Shown here piece by piece: positions 24,796 through 31,614 of a stretch of 31,614 nt of DNA. A model generated the notes under the pieces. The model was not told where the DNA came from, ran no database searches, and saw only the letters and a list, made by a program, of their open reading frames with translations. Numbering within the stretch: position 1 is the stretch's first letter; each line of letters begins with the position of its first letter. The stretch spans positions 1 through 31,614 of the IMG/VR virus record IMGVR_UViG_3300032295_000222. The stretch is one strand, 5' to 3'. This DNA comes from a virus (Duplodnaviria > Caudoviricetes). The position numbers and the translations under genes are program-made.

Positions 24796-25542
24796 ATGAA
24801 AATTAAAAATTACAACAAATTTCAACACTTCAAGGATCGCAGGCCGCCTTGGATAAAACTACATCGAGAACTGTTGGATCAACGTGATATCAGTTTGATA
24901 TCAGACCGTTCCTTTCGTGTCTTAATTGGTCTTTGGTTGCTTGCAAGTGAGGACGAAACGATGGAAGGCTGTTTGCCAGAAATTCCAGAAATTGCCTTTC
25001 GTTTGAGGATGCCAGAATCAGATATTATTAAATCATTTCAAGAACTTAGGCACTTTGTTGTTGATGTTGATATCAAGATGATATCAGAACGATATCAAGT
25101 TGATGTACCAGAGACAGAGACAGAGACAGAGACAGAGACAAAGAGAGAGAGAGAGACAGAGAGACCGACTTCTGCGAAGTCTCGATCCACCAAACTCGAT
25201 GCTAATTGGCAATTGCCTGATGACTACGCAATCTGGGCAAAGAAAGAAAGACCTGATCTGAACATCAACCAAGTTGCAGACGGATTCAAGGATTATTGGA
25301 TTTCAGAGGCCAAGGCAAAAGCTGATTGGTTTGCAACATGGCGCAACTGGATACGCAAGCAACGAGCTGACAAACAGGGTAAGGTTTACGAAGCACCTTG
25401 GCAAAAGGCGGCACGATTACGCATGGCAGAGTTTGCACCAGGCGTTGCAGCGAAAGACCCAAATGATTTGTCCGTCATAGACATGGAATATTTTAACAAA
25501 CCACAGGAGATCAAAAATGGCACTTCCAACAGCAGCGATTGA
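24796..25542 (+). CDS. Phage replication initiator (lambda O analogue)
   Basis: 'FQHFKDRRPPWIKLHRELLD' N-terminus, internal iterons and ETETE linker, C-terminal 'FKDYW..KADWFATWRNWIRK'. Confidence 0.82.
   Translation: MKIKNYNKFQHFKDRRPPWIKLHRELLDQRDISLISDRSFRVLIGLWLLASEDETMEGCLPEIPEIAFRLRMPESDIIKSFQELRHFVVDVDIKMISERYQVDVPETETETETETKRERETERPTSAKSRSTKLDANWQLPDDYAIWAKKERPDLNINQVADGFKDYWISEAKAKADWFATWRNWIRKQRADKQGKVYEAPWQKAARLRMAEFAPGVAAKDPNDLSVIDMEYFNKPQEIKNGTSNSSD
25069..25164. repeat. Putative replication origin: GATATCA iterons at 11-bp period plus (GAGACA)5/(GA)n purine tract
   Basis: GATATCA at 25069, 25080 and 25091 (also 24886, 24897); GAGACA x5 at 25111-25140. Confidence 0.7.
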
Positions 25543-25975
25543 TCGTTTGTTTGCCAGACTTGCAATTTCTTACGGGACTGAGTTTACAAACAAGTGGGGA
25601 ACACTAAGCAGCACCGATGTGAAATCCCATTGGGCGCACGAACTCGGCATTTTTAATGACAACTTGCACGCAATCGGTTGGGCATTGCAAAACTTGCCAG
25701 ACCGTTGCCCGAACCTGATCGAGTTTAAGTCTCTGTGCAAACAATCCCCCAGAACGTCCAGAACGGCTTTAGACGCTCCGAAAGCACCAGTTGAGGTGGT
25801 TGATAGGGTATTGGCTGAAATCGCTGCTACGGCTCTTAAAACGCCTCGTGATGAAAACGGTCATGTTGACCATAAAAGATGGGCTAAAAAGCTCAAGATG
25901 CGGCATGAAAGAGGCGAGAAGTTAAGTCTTTATCAAATTAAATGCTATCGAACTGCTTTGGATATGGTAAGCTAA
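25517..25975 (+). CDS. Replication protein, lambda P-like helicase loader candidate
   Basis: AGGAG SD; follows the initiator; 'WAHEL..IGWAL..RCPNLIEFKSLC'. Confidence 0.62.
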   Translation: MALPTAAIDRLFARLAISYGTEFTNKWGTLSSTDVKSHWAHELGIFNDNLHAIGWALQNLPDRCPNLIEFKSLCKQSPRTSRTALDAPKAPVEVVDRVLAEIAATALKTPRDENGHVDHKRWAKKLKMRHERGEKLSLYQIKCYRTALDMVS

Positions 25976-25982
25976 CTTAACA
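25965..25982. promoter_or_regulatory. Operator-like site upstream of the methyltransferase
   Basis: TGGTAAGCTAACTTAACA, 15/18 identical to the palindrome at 24232. Confidence 0.6.
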
Positions 25983-25995
25983 ACAAGGAGTTTAT

Positions 25996-27054
25996 GTGAA
26001 TGAGTTGGCTCTTTTCGCAGGCGCTGGTGGAGGAATACTTGGGGGACATCTCCTTGGATGGAGAACCGTCTGTGCCGTTGAGTGGGAACAATACCCAGCA
26101 AGCGTATTGTGCGCCCGACAAAATGACAAAATTCTCCCGCCTTTCCCGATTTGGGATGACGTACAAACCTTTGACGGAAAACCGTGGCGAGGAATTGTTG
26201 ACGTTGTATCTGGCGGATTTCCATGCCAAGACATCAGCGCAGCAGGGGGGGGGGGGGGGATCACGGGCAGCCGATCATCAATGTGGAAGCACATGGCTAG
26301 GATCGTTGGCGAGGTTAGACCCCAATACGTCTTTGTGGAGAACAGCCCAATGCTCACTACTAGAGGACTTGGAGTTGTCCTTGCAGACCTTTCCCAAATG
26401 GGGTTTGATGCAAAATGGGGCGTTGTTTCCGCAGCAGACGTTGGTGCGCCGCATCTCAGAGAGCGTATTTGGATTCTCGCTACCGACACCAGTTTCCAGC
26501 GATGCAACGAGTGGGGCGGTGATTGGGAAGAACGACACCTTTTACACAACATCAACAGGGATGCCTCGCAAGGTGAATCAGAACGGCAAGGACGGGAGCG
26601 TGGGATTGGGGAGGTTGGTTCAGATGTGGCCGACACCATTAGCAAACGATGCCAAAAAAGGACAATTTTGCAATCCGAATACACAACAAAACGGTTTGAG
26701 TGGTGCAGTACAAAAATGGCCAACACCGATGAGTTCGGAACACAAAGCCAATCGTCAAACACGGGAAAATCATCAGAATGGATTGACCCAAGCGGTGTTA
26801 CAGGCGGAAACCAAGATGTTACCAACTCCATGCAATCGGGATTACAAGGGGGCGGTGAAGTCTGGCAAGAGAATAACAAAATCAGGCAAAACGCAGAATT
26901 ATGGCGAACAGCTGCCAAACGTAATTGGTGGACAACTGAACCCAACGTGGGTCGAGTGGCTAATGGGGTGGCCGCCAGGGTGGACAGACTTAAAGCCATT
27001 GGAAATGGACAAGTCCCTCTATGTGCAGCAACAGCATGGGAATTATTGAAATAA
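25996..27054 (+). CDS. C5-cytosine DNA methyltransferase, catalytic (alpha) polypeptide
   Basis: Motif I LFAGAGG, IV GGFPCQD, VI FVENS, VIII APHLRERIWI, X RLKAIGNGQVP; no recognisable motif IX. Confidence 0.9.
   Translation: MNELALFAGAGGGILGGHLLGWRTVCAVEWEQYPASVLCARQNDKILPPFPIWDDVQTFDGKPWRGIVDVVSGGFPCQDISAAGGGGGITGSRSSMWKHMARIVGEVRPQYVFVENSPMLTTRGLGVVLADLSQMGFDAKWGVVSAADVGAPHLRERIWILATDTSFQRCNEWGGDWEERHLLHNINRDASQGESERQGRERGIGEVGSDVADTISKRCQKRTILQSEYTTKRFEWCSTKMANTDEFGTQSQSSNTGKSSEWIDPSGVTGGNQDVTNSMQSGLQGGGEVWQENNKIRQNAELWRTAAKRNWWTTEPNVGRVANGVAARVDRLKAIGNGQVPLCAATAWELLK
26000..27049 (+). CDS. C5 methyltransferase beta polypeptide, overlapping in the +1 frame
   Basis: 349 codons open; four PTP cassettes; motif IX-like 'GQLNPTWVEWLMGWPPGWT'. 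Confidence 0.72.
   Translation: MSWLFSQALVEEYLGDISLDGEPSVPLSGNNTQQAYCAPDKMTKFSRLSRFGMTYKPLTENRGEELLTLYLADFHAKTSAQQGGGGGSRAADHQCGSTWLGSLARLDPNTSLWRTAQCSLLEDLELSLQTFPKWGLMQNGALFPQQTLVRRISESVFGFSLPTPVSSDATSGAVIGKNDTFYTTSTGMPRKVNQNGKDGSVGLGRLVQMWPTPLANDAKKGQFCNPNTQQNGLSGAVQKWPTPMSSEHKANRQTRENHQNGLTQAVLQAETKMLPTPCNRDYKGAVKSGKRITKSGKTQNYGEQLPNVIGGQLNPTWVEWLMGWPPGWTDLKPLEMDKSLYVQQQHGNY
26245..26259 (+). repeat. G15 homopolymer tract
   Basis: gca-G15-atc, immediately after the PCQ motif. Confidence 0.85.
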
Positions 27055-27056
27055 AC

Positions 27057-27152
27057 ATGAACACGTTGCTTGCCATTTTGATTTTTATTGGTGGCTTTGC
27101 AGCATTGATCGCAATTTTTGCTTTATTTATCTGGGTTGCAATAAAGTTATGA
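27057..27152 (+). CDS. Small single-TM peptide (31 aa, not in track)
   Basis: MNTLLAILIFIGGFAALIAIFALFIWVAIKL; stop overlaps the next ATG. Confidence 0.55.
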   Translation: MNTLLAILIFIGGFAALIAIFALFIWVAIKL

Positions 27153-27316
27153 AAAAGAAAACAGAAAAAATAGACAAGTTTGACAGGCCACCATATAAGC
27201 CACCAAAGACGGTATTGCGCCCAGGCAGCATGGAGGTACTGGCAGCACCAAGTAGGATGTCAAACACTTTGTATTATCCAAACGGGAAAATCTGTCGAGA
27301 CAAGGAGAAACCATGA
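27149..27316 (+). CDS. Hypothetical protein (55 aa, not in track)
   Basis: MKKKTEKIDKFDRPPYKPPKTVLRPGSMEVLAAPSRMSNTLYYPNGKICRDKEKP; ATGA overlaps at both ends. Confidence 0.62.
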   Translation: MKKKTEKIDKFDRPPYKPPKTVLRPGSMEVLAAPSRMSNTLYYPNGKICRDKEKP

Positions 27317-27585
27317 ACGAATACGAAGAGGAAGCATGGATAGCGTTGGAGGCTAAGCAACAGAGGAAAAACATGGACAATATAGACCGTTTACTTAATA
27401 TTTTGGATATTGGTCCGTTTATTACTAGCGAGGAAATGTCAGAGCTGGCCAAAGAAGTCAGGACCTTGCGTAAGGATGCAGAACGCTATCGGTGGCTCAA
27501 CAAATACACTTGCCAGCTTTTCATGGTGACAGAGCAGCAGATGCACGATCAAATTGATGCAGCTATGACAGGAGTGAGGAAATGA
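27313..27585 (+). CDS. Hypothetical nin-region protein
   Basis: AAGGAG SD; 'KDAERYRWL' motif common in lambdoid accessory genes. Confidence 0.72.
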   Translation: MNEYEEEAWIALEAKQQRKNMDNIDRLLNILDIGPFITSEEMSELAKEVRTLRKDAERYRWLNKYTCQLFMVTEQQMHDQIDAAMTGVRK

Positions 27586-27866
27586 CTAGAGACGATTTAA
27601 TCCGATTAGCTGATCTGGCTGGGTTCGATGTCGATGAAGATGAGGTTCACGCACCAGCATCAGGACGATTTGGGCTAGACCCCAAGCTGATTCACTTTGC
27701 CCAACTGCTGACAGAAACTGTGCTTTCTCGCCAGAAAGCAAAGTATTACCAGCAAGGATACGAGGCAGGCCAAAGGGATGAGAGAGAGATTTGCGCCAAG
27801 ATTTGTGAAGAGTTTGTCTTGGGCGATCCTCATGCCGCTGCCATTCGTGAGAGGAATGAGAAATGA
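27582..27866 (+). CDS. Hypothetical nin-region protein
   Basis: ATGA coupling; 'EREICAKICEE..AAAIRER'. Confidence 0.72.
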   Translation: MTRDDLIRLADLAGFDVDEDEVHAPASGRFGLDPKLIHFAQLLTETVLSRQKAKYYQQGYEAGQRDEREICAKICEEFVLGDPHAAAIRERNEK

Positions 27867-28264
27867 GTATTGATGCAATGCAACAAGCATTAGAGGCGTT
27901 GGAGGCAATCAACGAAATGAGCAAGCCGCCAATGAATATCCCTTTGGTTGCTGAGATTGACGATGCGATGGACGCATTACGCAAAGCAATCAGAGAAGCC
28001 GCATTAGATGGTCTGGCACAAACGTCACAGGAAATTGAGTGGGACACATCCGACATGGCGCATCGGTCTGGTGGGTTGAGTGTTGAGCAAGCAGACTTAT
28101 TTGTTACCGCAGCGCAGCAACCATTAGTCGATGAAATCAAGCGGCTGACTGAACTTAATCGCCAGTTGATAGCAGCTGCTAAAGAGCTTGGCGCAGCTGA
28201 TGACACGCATGAGTGGGATGAGGCTTGGAGCAAGATTGCAAAGTTATTTAAAGAAAGTGTCTAA
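27863..28264 (+). CDS. Hypothetical nin-region protein
   Basis: ATGA coupling; 'MSIDAMQQALEALE'. Confidence 0.72.
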   Translation: MSIDAMQQALEALEAINEMSKPPMNIPLVAEIDDAMDALRKAIREAALDGLAQTSQEIEWDTSDMAHRSGGLSVEQADLFVTAAQQPLVDEIKRLTELNRQLIAAAKELGAADDTHEWDEAWSKIAKLFKESV

Positions 28265-28273
28265 AGGACTGAA

Positions 28274-28477
28274 ATGGCTCACGATTATTTAAAACAAGTG
28301 GCAGAGATTACAAACAAAAAAACAACGAAACTGTCTGCCACCGAGGTCTTTGAGTTGCAGGCTTACGCTTGCATTCTGGACTTTATTGACGATGTGGGCA
28401 GCATTGAGGAACTCAAGAAAAAGGTCAATGACTTTATAACCAACAAGGCAAAAAATGCGAAGAGCAGCGAGAACTGA
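28274..28477 (+). CDS. Hypothetical protein
   Basis: AAGGA SD, 67 aa. Confidence 0.65.
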   Translation: MAHDYLKQVAEITNKKTTKLSATEVFELQAYACILDFIDDVGSIEELKKKVNDFITNKAKNAKSSEN

Positions 28478-28736
28478 CAGCAATCAGGAGGAAATCGTCA
28501 AAGCTCTCAGGGCTGTGGGCGCAACCGTACAAAGCCTGGCGGGTGTCGGTCATGGCGTGCCTGACTTACTCGTTGGATACCAAGGGAAAACAATCCTCAT
28601 GGAAGTCAAAGACGGAAAGAAATCCCCATCACATCGAGAGCTGACCCCAGATCAAGTCAAGTGGATTGACGCTTGGACGGGTGGGTCTGTTTACATTATT
28701 GATAACGTAGATGCCGCATGGAACGCACTCAAATGA
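28455..28736 (+). CDS. VRR-NUC / PD-(D/E)XK nuclease (resolvase-like)
   Basis: 'GVPDLLVG..LMEVKDG..LTPDQ..W'. Confidence 0.83.
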   Translation: MRRAARTDSNQEEIVKALRAVGATVQSLAGVGHGVPDLLVGYQGKTILMEVKDGKKSPSHRELTPDQVKWIDAWTGGSVYIIDNVDAAWNALK

Positions 28737-29065
28737 TAAATCCAGAGGAATGCACCCAGCTGATCCGAGATAAAGCTCCCGCCTATGGGGAAGCCAAAGC
28801 CCAACGGGTCTATCTGGAGGAGTTCAGACGCAGCAAAAAGGCATTGCTGATGAAAGAATGTTATGCAATGGGCATCGAGGCCGCCAACGCTCAGGAACGA
28901 GAAGCTCTGGCAGACCCCGAATATCACACTTTGCTCAAAGGTCTTGCGGCAGCGGTAGAAAAGGAAGAGACGCTGAAGTGGGAGATTGAGGCAGCAAGGC
29001 TCGAAGTGGAGGTGTGGCGCACACAACAGGCCACCAACAGATTGGTCAACAGGTCACACGAATGA
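28733..29065 (+). CDS. Conserved helical phage protein
   Basis: ATGA-coupled start at 28733 (track start 28718); 'AQEREALADPEY..WRTQQA'. Confidence 0.68.
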   Translation: MINPEECTQLIRDKAPAYGEAKAQRVYLEEFRRSKKALLMKECYAMGIEAANAQEREALADPEYHTLLKGLAAAVEKEETLKWEIEAARLEVEVWRTQQATNRLVNRSHE

Positions 29066-29394
29066 TCTTTTTAAAACGGAAATACTACAGAAGCAAGAAC
29101 CATTTAATCAATGTTGCGTCTTTGCCTTGCCAATTGTGTGGAGCGCAAGGTGAGAGCCAAGCAGCGCATTCAAACTGGTCGCAATGGGGAGGCAAGGGTA
29201 AATCCATCAAATCGAGCGATGAGTTTACCGCTGCGTTATGCCAAGAATGCCACTACAAGATTGACCAAGGCAGCAAATGGTCAAGAGATCAGCGAAAGGA
29301 AGCCTGGACGCTCGCACACGTTAGAACGGTGAAGGAGTTGACAGAATCAAATAAATGGCCAGTTGACATCCCTGTACCAGACATAGGACAATAA
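29062..29394 (+). CDS. Zn-finger / HNH-like putative nuclease (DUF968/DUF1364-type)
   Basis: ATGA-coupled start at 29062; 'LPCQLCG..AAHSN..ALCQECH'. Confidence 0.72.
   Translation: MIFLKRKYYRSKNHLINVASLPCQLCGAQGESQAAHSNWSQWGGKGKSIKSSDEFTAALCQECHYKIDQGSKWSRDQRKEAWTLAHVRTVKELTESNKWPVDIPVPDIGQ
29363..29392 (+). promoter_or_regulatory. Candidate late promoter
   Basis: TTGACA-N18-GACAAT upstream of the terminase genes. Confidence 0.5.
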
Positions 29395-29418
29395 AGACTC
29401 TTTGGTTAGTGGGTACTC

Positions 29419-29444
29419 TGGGGGCGCATTGCCCCCATTTTTTT
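29419..29444 (+). terminator. Intrinsic terminator before the terminase genes
   Basis: TGGGGGC-GCATT-GCCCCCA-T7. Confidence 0.85.
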
Positions 29445-29480
29445 CACAACCCCGCAGAATCAACCTTTCGCGAAGGTTAT

Positions 29481-29918
29481 ATGGCAACAAAGAAACAAGC
29501 AAAGTCGGCAATCAAGCCGCAAGCAAAACTTAGCGTAGGCAGACCAAGCAAATATAATCCCGACTTTTGTGAACGGGTGATTCAGCTTGGGAAGCTCGGC
29601 AAATCAGTTGAGCAAATTGCCTGTGAGCTAGATGTCGGCACTCGCACAATGTACGAATGGCGTGATGTTCACCCAGAATTTTCGCACGCCTTGGAGCAAG
29701 CTAAGGAATTTGAGCAATATTGGTGGGAAACCATCGCTCAAACGCACATGATTGAAGAGCAAGGATCAGCCAAGCTCAATGCCTCAATCTGGTCACGATC
29801 AATGGCTGCTCGATTCCCAAAGAAGTACAGAGAGTCAACTAAGCATGAGCTTACTGGTGCAGATGGTGGTCCGATAGAGTTCAATAAGATTGAGCGAGTA
29901 ATCGTCAAGAATGGGTAA
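29481..29918 (+). CDS. terS: Terminase small subunit
   Basis: ATG 29481 after GAAGG; 'GRPSKYNP..EQIACELDV..YEW...HPEF' HTH; C-terminal 'ELTGADGGPI'. Confidence 0.85.
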   Translation: MATKKQAKSAIKPQAKLSVGRPSKYNPDFCERVIQLGKLGKSVEQIACELDVGTRTMYEWRDVHPEFSHALEQAKEFEQYWWETIAQTHMIEEQGSAKLNASIWSRSMAARFPKKYRESTKHELTGADGGPIEFNKIERVIVKNG

Positions 29919-31137
29919 GACCCTACAGCTGCAAACTCCAGAGTGGGCTGTGCCGCTGCTTGAACCGTCCCGATACAAGGCAGCATGGGGAGGACGAGGC
30001 TCGGGCAAGTCTCACTTTTTCGCTGAGATGATGATTGAGGCGCACATCATGGATCAGAAGCGCAGAAGCGTATGCGTGCGTGAAATCCAGAAATCCCTCC
30101 AGCAATCGGTTAAGCGTCTCTTGGAAACCAAGATTGAGGCGATGAACGCTGGCGCATACTTTGAGGTGCAAGAGTCGGTCATCAAGTCAAAGAAGGGCGA
30201 TGGGGCGATTATCTTCCAAGGGATGCAATCACATACCGCCGACTCGATCAAGTCCTTAGAAGGCTATGACTGTGCGTGGGTGGAGGAAGCTCAATCTTTA
30301 AGCCAGACGAGTCTTGACTTGCTGCGCCCAACGATCAGGAAGCCTGGCTCAGAGCTATGGTTCTCATGGAATCCTCGCCAGCAGTCCGATCCTGTGGATT
30401 TCCTGTTGCGTGGTCCTGAGCCGCCAAAGGATGCCGAGGTCCTCAAGGTCAACTTTAGTGACAACCCTTGGTTTCCCGATGTACTCAGGGACGAGATGGA
30501 GTATGACCTAAGACGAGACCCAGACAAATACCAGCACGTTTGGCAGGGTCAATACCTGACCAACAGCAACGCCAGAGTGTTTCGCAACTGGAAGATTGAT
30601 GACTTTGAAGCACCACCGGAGGCAATCCATCGTCTGGGGGCGGATTGGGGATTTGCTGTAGACCCGACTGTGTTGGTGCGCTGCCACATTATTGGTCGCA
30701 CGCTCTACATAGACTATGAGGCGTATATGGTGGGCTGCGAGATTGTGAACACTCCAGAGTTGTTTATGACCATCCCAGAGGCAGAACGCTGGCCAATCGT
30801 GGCAGACTCAGCGAGGCCAGAGACCATCAGCCACATGAGAAAGAACGGGTTTCCCAAGATCATGGGCGCAGTCAAGGGGGCGAAGTCTGTTGAGGAAGGC
30901 ATCGAATTTCTGAAGAATTACGACATCGTGGTTCATCCCAGATGCAGACACACCATTGACGAGTTGAGCCTGTACAGTTACAAGACCGATCCGCTGACCG
31001 GACGGGTTCTGCCGCTGCTGCAAGACAAAAAGAACCATGTGATTGACGCATTGCGGTATGCTTGCGAAGGTGTCAGAAGGACAAATATTTCTAAGGTTCA
31101 GAGCTTTACACCATTGCCAGTAAGCAACAAATGGTGA
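29911..31137 (+). CDS. terL: Terminase large subunit (PBSX / Terminase_3 type)
   Basis: Walker A GGRGSGKS, Walker B WVEEA, coupling SWNP, nuclease GADWG and NHVIDALRY. Confidence 0.95.
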   Translation: MGKTLQLQTPEWAVPLLEPSRYKAAWGGRGSGKSHFFAEMMIEAHIMDQKRRSVCVREIQKSLQQSVKRLLETKIEAMNAGAYFEVQESVIKSKKGDGAIIFQGMQSHTADSIKSLEGYDCAWVEEAQSLSQTSLDLLRPTIRKPGSELWFSWNPRQQSDPVDFLLRGPEPPKDAEVLKVNFSDNPWFPDVLRDEMEYDLRRDPDKYQHVWQGQYLTNSNARVFRNWKIDDFEAPPEAIHRLGADWGFAVDPTVLVRCHIIGRTLYIDYEAYMVGCEIVNTPELFMTIPEAERWPIVADSARPETISHMRKNGFPKIMGAVKGAKSVEEGIEFLKNYDIVVHPRCRHTIDELSLYSYKTDPLTGRVLPLLQDKKNHVIDALRYACEGVRRTNISKVQSFTPLPVSNKW

Positions 31138-31162
31138 TTTAATACGCACAAAGAGGATAAAC

Positions 31163-31614
31163 ATGGCTCGCATTCCCAACGATCAACGCTTGGCAAACTT
31201 GCACGCTGAAGCTCTGCGCCAGTACAACGACATCCAAACAGCGTTGCGGGACGAGCGTCTCCAATGCTTACAGGATAGACGTTTCTACTCTATTTGCGGC
31301 GCACAATGGGAAGGCCCACTATACGATCAGTATGAGAACAAGCCTCGGTTTGAGGTCAACAAGATCATGCTTTCGGTCATCCGCATTGTCAACGAGTACC
31401 GAAACAATCGGATCACAGTCGATTACATTGCCAAAGAGGGTGGAAGTGATGCACTCGCTGACACTTGTGATGGGCTGTATCGGGCAGACGAGCAGGACTC
31501 AGTTGCCAACGAAGCATACGACAACGCATTTGAAGAGGCTGTCGGTGGGGGTATTGGCGCATTTAGACTCAGAACCGCATATGAGGATGAAGAGGACGAA
31601 GAGAATGACCGTCA
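31163..31614 (+). CDS. P22-like portal protein, N-terminal part (continues at the window start)
   Basis: GAGGA SD; MARIPNDQRL..DRRFY..GAQWEG..KPRFEVNKI.., in frame with 2..1732. Confidence 0.93.
   Translation, partial: MARIPNDQRLANLHAEALRQYNDIQTALRDERLQCLQDRRFYSICGAQWEGPLYDQYENKPRFEVNKIMLSVIRIVNEYRNNRITVDYIAKEGGSDALADTCDGLYRADEQDSVANEAYDNAFEEAVGGGIGAFRLRTAYEDEEDEENDR
31492..31614. repeat. Terminal direct repeat, right copy
   Basis: Identical to 1-123. Confidence 0.97.

Noticed and set aside
25069-25164. CRISPR array or DGR repeat
   Set aside because: Repeats are 6-11 bp without spacers; no cas or reverse transcriptase gene is present.
25992-26999. 335-aa antisense ORF as a third coding layer over the methyltransferase
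   Set aside because: No recognisable motifs and a Ser/Pro/Cys-rich composition; probably a by-product of constraint on the two sense frames, though not excluded.
29409-29480. N-terminal extension of terminase small subunit from GTG 29409
   Set aside because: It runs through the terminator hairpin; ATG 29481 has the SD-like sequence.
31492-31614. 123-bp terminal repeat as a biological DTR or att site
   Set aside because: It falls in the middle of the portal gene and is exact; an assembler overlap on a circularly permuted genome explains it better.

Overview
The window is an apparently complete, circularly permuted ~31.5-kb genome of a P22-like podophage. Bases 1-123 recur exactly at 31492-31614, giving a unit length of 31,491 bp, and the portal gene spans the junction. 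Gene order: terminase small/large, portal, scaffold, coat, head and tail accessory genes, three ejection proteins, tailspike and fibre, lysis cassette (holin candidates, Rz with an unannotated embedded Rz1, GH19 endolysin), a leftward recombination operon (ERF, YqaJ exonuclease, SSB-like), a divergent control region with one Cro-like gene, an O/P-like replication module with iterons, a C5 DNA methyltransferase and nin-like genes. I could not recognise an integrase, CI repressor, Q antiterminator, tRNA or CRISPR array. Most notable observations: (1) the methyltransferase locus is coded in two overlapping frames over its full ~1.05 kb (motif IX and four PTP cassettes lie in the +1 frame) and has a G15 tract that could switch or swap the frames; (2) a protein resembling the T4 T holin (periplasmic GAF-type domain) in a small podophage; (3) five 18-bp operator-like sites with no CI, and a leaderless cro; (4) two structured RNAs between cro and the initiator gene; (5) HiPIP-like and DDxxD proteins inside the virion module. 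All family calls come from recognising motifs by eye; no searches were run.
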